From the NCBI GenBank assembly GCA_964525675.1, contig CAZGJW010000004.1:1-51447 (forward strand): a DNA stretch of 51,447 bases, given 5' to 3'. Position numbers and translations under genes: made by a program. Below the pieces are notes generated by a model that had not been told where the DNA came from, did no database searches, and worked only from the letters and a program-made list of their open reading frames with translations. The number at the start of each line of letters is the position of its first letter. The first letter of the stretch is position 1. Positions 36,921 through 44,468 of the stretch are shown one piece after another. Source of the DNA: an uncultured Spirochaetota bacterium. GTDB taxonomy: Bacteria > Spirochaetota > B62-G9 > DRHN01.

Positions 36921-39620
36921 ATGGAAGAAAAAACAGAAGAAAAAACAGAAGAAAAAACGAAAACTTCTTTAAAAGACATACTCTCCTATCTTACCTACAG
37001 ACAGGCCTGCAGCCTGCTTGGCCCTGAAGGGGAGATGCTTATACGAAAAGGCGGAAAATGGGATATCGATCTTTACGAACAGGTAACAGTGGATAATGAA
37101 AAGTTTATCCTCGATCTGACCGAGGCAGTTGTTACTATTGAATTGAATCTAAAAAATACAAAGAAGCTGCGCTTGTCATGCAGTGCCTGCTCATCTATTT
37201 GTGAACATATCGGAGCTGCCTTTTCCCTTATTCTTGAGGAGAAACTATCATTAGGCCTTTCAGCCCCACCGCCCGAACTGACGCCCATGGAAAACCTGAG
37301 TGAAGAAGAATTAATCAACCGGGCACTGAATGATAGAAAAGAAAAAGCAAAAAAAGAAAAAATGTCCCTCAAATCGATGAGCGAGGCCCGGTTATGGACA
37401 GATTACACAGTAACAAGTTATTCATCCGGAAAAACCTACAGAGTGGCCCTCAGAGGATGGGAACCGGGCGAATCCTACTGCTCCTGTCCGGACTTTAAAA
37501 TAAACACCCTCGGCACCTGCAAACATATTATGTATACCCAGCAATGTGTTAAAAAGCTGTTCCCGGAAGAAATCAGGGAAAAGCCGTACAAACAGAATAA
37601 CATTGCCGTACACCTCCGGTATGGAAAGGATGTGGAATTACGTCTTCTTGCGCCTGACGCACTGGACACGGAAGCAGAGGAGATTGTAAACCCTTTAAGA
37701 AACCGCGTGATCACAGATATCCCTGATTTACTGGCGCGTATCAATAAACTGGAACAGTCGGGGCATGAGGTGACCATCTATCCTGATACGGAGGAATATT
37801 TAAATAACCTTCTTTTTCGTCGAAAGATTCAAAAGAAGGTTGATGAAATAAGAAGCAATCCGAAACATCACCCTCTGCGGAAGAGCCTGCTTAAAATAGA
37901 GCTGCTTCCCTATCAACTGGACGGCATAGCTTTCGCCGTAAGCGCAGGAAGAGCTATTATTGCCGACGATATGGGGCTGGGGAAAACCATACAGGGAATC
38001 GGAGTTGCTGAACTGTTCAATATTGAAGTTGATATTTCCAGAGTACTGGTTATATGTCCTGCATCTGTAAAATCTCAATGGCGTCTTGAGATAAAACGCT
38101 GTTCTAACAAAAGCTGTCAGTTAATAATAGGCACAGCAGAGGAAAGGACCCGTCAATATAATAACAATTGTTTTTTTACAATCTGTAATTATGAGCAGGT
38201 GCTTCGCGATATTAAAACAATTGAAACAATTTCATGGGACCTTATCATTCTGGATGAGGGACAGAGAATAAAAAACTGGGAAGCAAAAACAGCGCAGGTT
38301 GTAAAATCCCTGAGATCGCCATTTGCTCTGGTGCTTACAGGCACCCCTCTTGAAAACAGGCTTGATGAACTGTATTCGGTAATTCAATTTATCGATAATA
38401 GCAGGCTGGGACCGGCATTTCGTTTTTTTAACAGGCATAGAATTACCAATGAAAAAGGGAGGCTGCTGGGTTACCAAAATCTTGATGACCTTCGACAAAA
38501 ACTCAAACCCATACTCCTGCGTAGAACCCGCAGTATGGTACTTAAAGATCTGCCCCCCAGAACAACTGAAATCTTAAGAATACCGCCCACAGAAGAGCAG
38601 GCAGATATACATAACAGCCATAAGAAAATAATTTCAACCATTGTTTCAAAGAAATTCCTTTCGGAAATGGACATCTTGAGGCTTCAAAAGGCACTTTTAA
38701 TCTGCAGAATGGCTGCAGACAGCACCTATCTTGTAGATAAAACTCCTCCCGGATATTCCAGCAAGCTTAAAGAACTGGAACTGCTGCTTGAACAGCTCCA
38801 TTTTGAAGAAGACAGGAAAATAATCCTATTTTCAGAATGGACAACCATGCTGAATCTTATAGAACCCCTTATTGAAAGGCAAAGTATAAATTACCTCCGC
38901 CTGGATGGGTCTGTCCCACAGAAGAAAAGGCAGGGTTTGATGCATCAGTTTCAGCATGATCCAGATTGCAAAGTGTTTATTACTACCAATGCCGGTTCAA
39001 CAGGGCTTAACCTTCAGGCTGCCAATACGGTTATCAATGTGGATCTTCCATGGAATCCTGCAGTGCTCGAACAGAGGATATCACGTGCTCATCGCATGGG
39101 GCAGAAAAGGCCTGTGCAGGTATATCTTCTGGTAACGGAAGATACCCTTGAAGAGAGCCTGCTTGATACCCTCTCTGCCAAACATAGATTGGCTCAGGCC
39201 TCTCTTGATACTACCTCAGAGGTTAACGAGGTATCCTTTACCGGCAGCATCGAAGAATTAAAACGCCGCATGGAGGTGCTTTTAGGAACAAAACCTGATG
39301 CTGCTATTGATGAAAGCCGGAAAAAAGAGCTGGAAAGGGAGGCTGCAAAACAGGCACGAAGAGAAAACGTTGCAATTGCCGGAGGCCAGCTTATGAGTGC
39401 TGCATTTTCTTTTATCGGAGAGCTGCTTGGTACCGACAGGGCTGTGGACCAGAGTACTGAAGATGTTGACAGGTTTAAAAATCTTCTTTACGAGTGCATG
39501 GAAAAAAATGAAGACGGCAGTTTAAAAATGACGGTTAACTTCCCCGATACCTCTGTACTTGATAATCTGGCAGGCGTTCTGAGCACAATAACTGCGCAAG
39601 CAGGGAACAAAAACCCGTGA
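36921..39620 (+). CDS. SNF2-family helicase with two N-terminal SWIM-type zinc fingers
   Basis: CSAC...CEH and CSCPD.....CKH; ADDMGLGKT, LDEGQ, LTGTPLEN, GLNLQAA..V...DLPWNPA..EQR..RAHRMGQ. Confidence 0.92.
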   Translation: MEEKTEEKTEEKTKTSLKDILSYLTYRQACSLLGPEGEMLIRKGGKWDIDLYEQVTVDNEKFILDLTEAVVTIELNLKNTKKLRLSCSACSSICEHIGAAFSLILEEKLSLGLSAPPPELTPMENLSEEELINRALNDRKEKAKKEKMSLKSMSEARLWTDYTVTSYSSGKTYRVALRGWEPGESYCSCPDFKINTLGTCKHIMYTQQCVKKLFPEEIREKPYKQNNIAVHLRYGKDVELRLLAPDALDTEAEEIVNPLRNRVITDIPDLLARINKLEQSGHEVTIYPDTEEYLNNLLFRRKIQKKVDEIRSNPKHHPLRKSLLKIELLPYQLDGIAFAVSAGRAIIADDMGLGKTIQGIGVAELFNIEVDISRVLVICPASVKSQWRLEIKRCSNKSCQLIIGTAEERTRQYNNNCFFTICNYEQVLRDIKTIETISWDLIILDEGQRIKNWEAKTAQVVKSLRSPFALVLTGTPLENRLDELYSVIQFIDNSRLGPAFRFFNRHRITNEKGRLLGYQNLDDLRQKLKPILLRRTRSMVLKDLPPRTTEILRIPPTEEQADIHNSHKKIISTIVSKKFLSEMDILRLQKALLICRMAADSTYLVDKTPPGYSSKLKELELLLEQLHFEEDRKIILFSEWTTMLNLIEPLIERQSINYLRLDGSVPQKKRQGLMHQFQHDPDCKVFITTNAGSTGLNLQAANTVINVDLPWNPAVLEQRISRAHRMGQKRPVQVYLLVTEDTLEESLLDTLSAKHRLAQASLDTTSEVNEVSFTGSIEELKRRMEVLLGTKPDAAIDESRKKELEREAAKQARRENVAIAGGQLMSAAFSFIGELLGTDRAVDQSTEDVDRFKNLLYECMEKNEDGSLKMTVNFPDTSVLDNLAGVLSTITAQAGNKNP
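36924..36959 (+). repeat. 12 bp tandem repeat x3 (GAAGAAAAAACA) encoding EEKT
   Basis: Seen directly; third unit ends in G. Confidence 0.9.
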
Positions 39621-39625
39621 GGGGG

Positions 39626-39880
39626 CTATAATTTTTCAAGATATTCTGGTATTGATAGTGCAGTGTCTGGAAAATTATTTAGTATTTTCTGATACATTGT
39701 AACAAGTTGTACGCTCAAGTCTCGAGCTAAGTTTACAAACTCACAATCATATGCAGAACAACCGCCGTCCTGAGCTCGCTGCGCCACAAGATTGGTGATA
39801 CTTCTATGATGTTCGGCTGCCAGCTTTTTCAGGATGTTATATGTCTCATCCGGGATATTTTTTACTGTTATATTCGCCAT
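39626..39880 (-). pseudogene. In-frame deletion fusion of a FitA-like RHH antitoxin N terminus and a VapC/PIN toxin C terminus
   Basis: MANITVKNIPDETYNILKKLAAEHHRSI joined to ...GCSAYDCEFVNLARDLSVQLVTMYQKILNNFP. Confidence 0.8.
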
Positions 39881-40004
39881 AACGGCATCCATATTTTCAT
39901 GGTTTCGATATGGTTTTAACATGGTGTTTTAATGTATGTTTGTCAACGCTTTTTAATTGAATTCCGGAATTCTCTTATTAAACCATCCACTCTGGGAAAA
40001 AGTC

Positions 40005-40033
40005 TTGACTTCCGTATTTACCACGCCTAGGGT
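40005..40033 (+). promoter_or_regulatory. Putative sigma70 promoter of the osmoprotectant ABC operon
   Basis: TTGACT-17 nt-TAGGGT. Confidence 0.4.
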
Positions 40034-40087
40034 ATACAATAAGCGTAAGACAATAAAATACAGTAATACAAGTTAGAAGGCGTTTAT

Positions 40088-41047
40088 ATGAAATTCAAAA
40101 TGGTGCACCTGCCAATTGTTATAGTAATCGTAATAACGCTCATTTCAGCAACAGTGGGCTTCGGCGCCGGCACTAAGAAAGAGGAGGGTCCTGCAGCCAG
40201 GGGGCCGGTTGTTGTCGCCTCGAAGATCGATACCGAGGGTGGCCTTATGGGGCAGATGATTGTGCTTCTTCTCAGGGAAAACGGATTCGAAGCGGTGGAC
40301 AAAACGGAGTTCGGTCCGACTGATGTCATACGAAGGGCCATATTCAGCGGAGAGATCGATATATATCCCGAGTATACCGGAAACGGCGGCTTTTTCTACG
40401 AAGGGACGGATCCTTCGATCTGGAAAGACGCGAAAAAGGGGTATGAAGAGGTGAAGAGGCTCGATAAAGATGCACACAACATTATCTGGCTGACACCGGC
40501 TCCCGCAAACAACACGTGGGCTCTCGCGATCCGCGGCGATATTGCAAAATCGAAGAACGTAAAAACACTCGAGGATTTCGCTCGATACGTGAACAACGGA
40601 AACACGGTGAAAGTTGCCGGTTCGGAGGAATTCGTAAGCAGGCCCGATGCGCTCCCTGCATTTGAAAAGGCGTACGGATTTTCACTATCAAAGGATCAGC
40701 TTCTGATACTGTCGGGCGGAAATACGGCGCAGACTGAAAAGGCGGCTGCTGACGGCACAGACGGCGTGAATGTTGCGATGGCCTACGGAACGGACGGCCA
40801 GCTTGCCGCCCTGGGCCTCTGGGTGCTGAAGGATACAAAGGGTGTGCAGCCCATTTATGAGCCCACGCCGATTATAAGGGGTGAGGTGTTGGACAAATAT
40901 CCGGAGATAGAGGGGATCTTGAAGCCGGTTTTTAAGGGGCTCGATCTCGTTACCCTCCAGACGTTGAACGCGAAAATCGCTATCGAGGGTCAAAACGCGA
41001 AGAATGTCGCCGGGGAGTATCTGAAGTCGAACGGGTTTTTAAAGTAA
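40088..41047 (+). CDS. Osmoprotectant ABC transporter substrate-binding protein (OsmF/YehZ type)
   Basis: VVASKIDTEG, GEIDIYPEYTG, APANNTWALA, AMAYGTDG, QPIYEPTPIIR. Confidence 0.92.
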   Translation: MKFKMVHLPIVIVIVITLISATVGFGAGTKKEEGPAARGPVVVASKIDTEGGLMGQMIVLLLRENGFEAVDKTEFGPTDVIRRAIFSGEIDIYPEYTGNGGFFYEGTDPSIWKDAKKGYEEVKRLDKDAHNIIWLTPAPANNTWALAIRGDIAKSKNVKTLEDFARYVNNGNTVKVAGSEEFVSRPDALPAFEKAYGFSLSKDQLLILSGGNTAQTEKAAADGTDGVNVAMAYGTDGQLAALGLWVLKDTKGVQPIYEPTPIIRGEVLDKYPEIEGILKPVFKGLDLVTLQTLNAKIAIEGQNAKNVAGEYLKSNGFLK

Positions 41048-41130
41048 AAGCTGTAAACCGGCTGCAGCAAAGGCAAAACAGTGTCATTGATCTGTACCTG
41101 TGTATATGCCGACAGCATAAATCTTTATAT

Positions 41131-41208
41131 ATAGGCAAGTGAACTTTCAAACGTAACAGATCAAAAAAATACTTGCCTGGATGAACCAGATTTCAAATGG
41201 ATAATACC
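41131..41208 (+). repeat. Dispersed ~80 bp intergenic element, copy after the osmoprotectant-binding gene
   Basis: Aligns with 35198-35274; internal inverted repeat AGGCAAGT/ACTTGCCT. Confidence 0.72.
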
Positions 41209-41234
41209 ATAAAAACAATGGAGATAAAAGCCGT

Positions 41235-42434
41235 TTGGTTTTGGATCGTGTTGAAGGGATAACCGGCAGGAATAAAGTAGTTCTCACCGGCATTGTCATT
41301 GGTTTGTTTTCCTGCGGGCTGAAATTCGTTGCACTGAAACCGAACAGGATCGCTTCCGGGACAGGACTATACATATGGAATGCATTTTCAGGGAGTGACC
41401 TGCTCGTTTTTATACTACTGTGGGTTGCAGTGCTGATTGTGTTCCTGAAAGCCGGTAAAAAACAGTTTGTCCTCCTCCAGGGTATTACCGGTAATGTCAT
41501 CATCATCACAGTGTTTCTTATGGTCGGCAGGGTAACCCGCTCTCTCCAGTCGCCGGAGATGCCGTTTGCCCGGATTTCAATGGCATTCGGATCATGGCTC
41601 ATGGTTCTTGCCGGGTACATACTCATCCATGCTTCAGTCCGTACACTCACGCTGAAAAACCCGAAAGCCGTTTTACTCTCACTCGTCGGCCCGTTTGCTG
41701 TTGTGCTTCTTTTTTCTACCGGTTACCTGAGTGAGCTCTCTATTGTAAAGGAGTATCTTATACGGAGGGACAGGTTTTTTAGTGAATTCGTCAGGCATCT
41801 CGTTCTGTCCGGAACCGCGGTGCTCCTCGGCATTGCAATCGGAACACCGCTTGGTGTGCTCGCATTCAGAAGAAAGGCGTTCGAAAAGCCGGCCTTCTTC
41901 TTTGTCAATACGGTACAGACCATACCGTCGCTCGCGCTTTTCGGCATAATGATCGCGCCGCTTTCCATCCTCTCCCAGAGGTTTCCGTTCCTTAGAGATC
42001 TGGGCATCAAGGGGATAGGTTCCGCTCCCGCGCTTATTGCGCTTATTCTGTATGCACTCCTTCCAATAACGAGAAACACCTACACGAGCCTCAGGGTAAT
42101 CGATCCGTCCGTTGTCGAGTCGGCGCGAGGCATGGGTATGAGCAGGCTCCAGGTTCTGATGCGTATCGAGGCCCCGCTTTCACTCCCCATTATAATGAGC
42201 GGCATCAGGATATCTGCCGTGCAGGCCATCGGCAACACAACGGTTGCAGCGCTCATCGGCGCGGGTGGCTTCGGCGTGTTCGTGTTCCAGGGCCTCGGCC
42301 AGGCGGTGCCCGACCTCATTATGTTAGGCGCTTTTCCCGTTATACTGCTTGCCGTGACCGCAGATAAGCTCATGCAGATTCTCGTAAAGGCGATGACGCC
42401 GCGTGGACTTCGGTACAGGGGGAATCATGATTAA
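41235..42434 (+). CDS. Osmoprotectant ABC permease (YehY type)
   Basis: QTIPSLALFG, ESARGMGMS...IEAPLSLP EAA loop; start uncertain. Confidence 0.92.
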   Translation: MVLDRVEGITGRNKVVLTGIVIGLFSCGLKFVALKPNRIASGTGLYIWNAFSGSDLLVFILLWVAVLIVFLKAGKKQFVLLQGITGNVIIITVFLMVGRVTRSLQSPEMPFARISMAFGSWLMVLAGYILIHASVRTLTLKNPKAVLLSLVGPFAVVLLFSTGYLSELSIVKEYLIRRDRFFSEFVRHLVLSGTAVLLGIAIGTPLGVLAFRRKAFEKPAFFFVNTVQTIPSLALFGIMIAPLSILSQRFPFLRDLGIKGIGSAPALIALILYALLPITRNTYTSLRVIDPSVVESARGMGMSRLQVLMRIEAPLSLPIIMSGIRISAVQAIGNTTVAALIGAGGFGVFVFQGLGQAVPDLIMLGAFPVILLAVTADKLMQILVKAMTPRGLRYRGNHD

Positions 42435-43545
42435 AGTCAAAAACCTGACAAAGAAATACGGTGATTTCACCGCGGTCGACAACATCTCCTTCACCGTTCA
42501 GGAGGGGACTGTGTGTGTTATTATCGGCCCCTCGGGATGCGGAAAATCAACCACGCTGAAGACAATCAACCGCATGCTGGAGCCCACGGCCGGGGATATT
42601 TTTATCGACGGAAAGAATGTGCTTGATCTCAAGCTGGAAATTCTTCGTCGTGGAATCGGATACGTGATTCAGTATGTGGGCCTTTTCCCCCATATGACGG
42701 TTGGTGAGAATATCGCCGTGGTTCCGAAGCTCCTTGACTGGGGAAAATCCAGGATAGGGGCGCGGGTTGCCCTGCTTCTGGAGATGGTCGGGCTTGACCC
42801 GTCGGCCTACAGGGACAAGTACCCGAATGAGCTGTCGGGAGGCGAGGCGCAGAGAATAGGCGTGGCACGGGCACTTGCTGCGGATCCGCCGATTCTGCTC
42901 ATGGATGAGCCCTTCGGCGCCGTCGATCCTCTGAACCGGGAGGTGCTCCAAAGGGAGTTTGTCAGGATTCAAAGAGAGCTCAAGAAAACGGTCCTGTTTG
43001 TCACTCATGACCTCGATGAAGCCGTGCGAATCGCCGACAGGATTATTATTATGAAAAACGGTACAATCGTTCAGAATGATATTCCGGAGATTATTTTAGC
43101 ATCCCCGAAGAACAAGTTCGTCCACGATTTTGTCGGCAGCGACCGTGCGCTGAAACGCCTTTCCAGGTTTATTGTTTCACAGTACATGCACAGGCCGGTT
43201 TCCGTGGAAATGGGTGAAAAACTTCTGAATGAGGCTACCCAGTTGCGGGAGCAAAAGCACATTCGCTACATATGGGTTGTGGACTCCGGGAAAAGGCTTA
43301 TAGGGTGGCTTGATACCGGGATTGTCGATAAAAATACATCCATTGAGGATGCAGTCACCAAAGTGGCCCAGGGCAAGATTACGGTCAGGGAGGATTCCAC
43401 GCTCAGGGAGGTACTCGCAAAGATGCTCGGTGAAGGGGTAAAGGTGGTTCCGGTGGTCGATGCAGACAGGAGGGTGATCGGCGAGGTCAGTCTGAAGGAC
43501 ATCGAAAAAATAACCGAAGAGGTCGATGCGAGTTGGAAAGAGTAA
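42427..43545 (+). CDS. Osmoprotectant ABC ATP-binding protein with CBS domains (YehX/OpuA type)
   Basis: GPSGCGKS, LSGGEAQR, LMDEPFGAVDP, C-terminal CBS pair. Confidence 0.94.
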   Translation: MIKVKNLTKKYGDFTAVDNISFTVQEGTVCVIIGPSGCGKSTTLKTINRMLEPTAGDIFIDGKNVLDLKLEILRRGIGYVIQYVGLFPHMTVGENIAVVPKLLDWGKSRIGARVALLLEMVGLDPSAYRDKYPNELSGGEAQRIGVARALAADPPILLMDEPFGAVDPLNREVLQREFVRIQRELKKTVLFVTHDLDEAVRIADRIIIMKNGTIVQNDIPEIILASPKNKFVHDFVGSDRALKRLSRFIVSQYMHRPVSVEMGEKLLNEATQLREQKHIRYIWVVDSGKRLIGWLDTGIVDKNTSIEDAVTKVAQGKITVREDSTLREVLAKMLGEGVKVVPVVDADRRVIGEVSLKDIEKITEEVDASWKE

Positions 43546-44300
43546 ACCGCCAGAAGATTCTACGCTGGATTCCGATTGCCGGTGTTAGTGTGCTGTTTCT
43601 TCTCATTGTATTCGACCGCCGGTTTCTGGAGCTGCTTCTGGCATTCATCTTTCCAGGTGAAACGGTGGTTATTTACCCCAGGGCGGGTCTTCCCGGTCTT
43701 CTCGGAGAGCACCTCCTGCTCGTGCTTTTTTCAAGCCTCGCAGCGGTCGGCATCGGAGTCGCTGTGGGGGTTTTTGTGACCAGGCCTGCGGGGCGTGAGT
43801 ATCTCCACCTGGTGAACGACCTGAGCTCGCTGGCGCAGACAATTCCGCCGGTTGCAGTGCTCGCGCTTGCCGTACCCTTTATAGGGTTTGGGTTCAAACC
43901 CACGGTGCTCGCTCTTTTTCTCTACAGCATACTCCCCATCATACGAAACAGTGTAGCCGGCATTGAAACCATCTCTCCCTACCTCATAGAGGCGGCCCGC
44001 GGAATGGGCATGACCCGTTTGCAGGTTCTGCTGAAAATCGAGCTGCCGCTCGCCCTCAGAGTCATCATGGCGGGCATCAGGACATCGGTCGTTATAAATG
44101 TCGGCACTGCGACCGTCGGCGCCGTGGTCGGTGCAGGCGGCCTGGGAACGCCGATTATTTCCGGACTCGTTCGCGAGAATCCCGCATTCGTCATCGAGGG
44201 CGCGGTCGCGGCTGCACTTTTAGCCTTTTTGATGGATCAGTATCTGGGCAGGATCGAGCAGGGATTGTCTGAACGATACGGCCTCGAGGCGGGCGGGTGA
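43533..44300 (+). CDS. Osmoprotectant ABC permease (YehW type)
   Basis: QTIPPVAVLALAVP, EAARGMGMT...IELPLA. Confidence 0.92.
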   Translation: MERVNRQKILRWIPIAGVSVLFLLIVFDRRFLELLLAFIFPGETVVIYPRAGLPGLLGEHLLLVLFSSLAAVGIGVAVGVFVTRPAGREYLHLVNDLSSLAQTIPPVAVLALAVPFIGFGFKPTVLALFLYSILPIIRNSVAGIETISPYLIEAARGMGMTRLQVLLKIELPLALRVIMAGIRTSVVINVGTATVGAVVGAGGLGTPIISGLVRENPAFVIEGAVAAALLAFLMDQYLGRIEQGLSERYGLEAGG

Positions 44301-44468
44301 TTGTTCATCGAAGATATGGAAACCCGCAAGGTACGGGTAGGTACGATGAATTATCGGACTAAGGAATTTTTATTCGTGACATAATTTTCGGCGATTGTCG
44401 TATTCATTTCGTTCGCCTGATAAAAAAATAAAGTGTCCGCGTAATAACCGTAAAAGCGGCGGAGGGCG

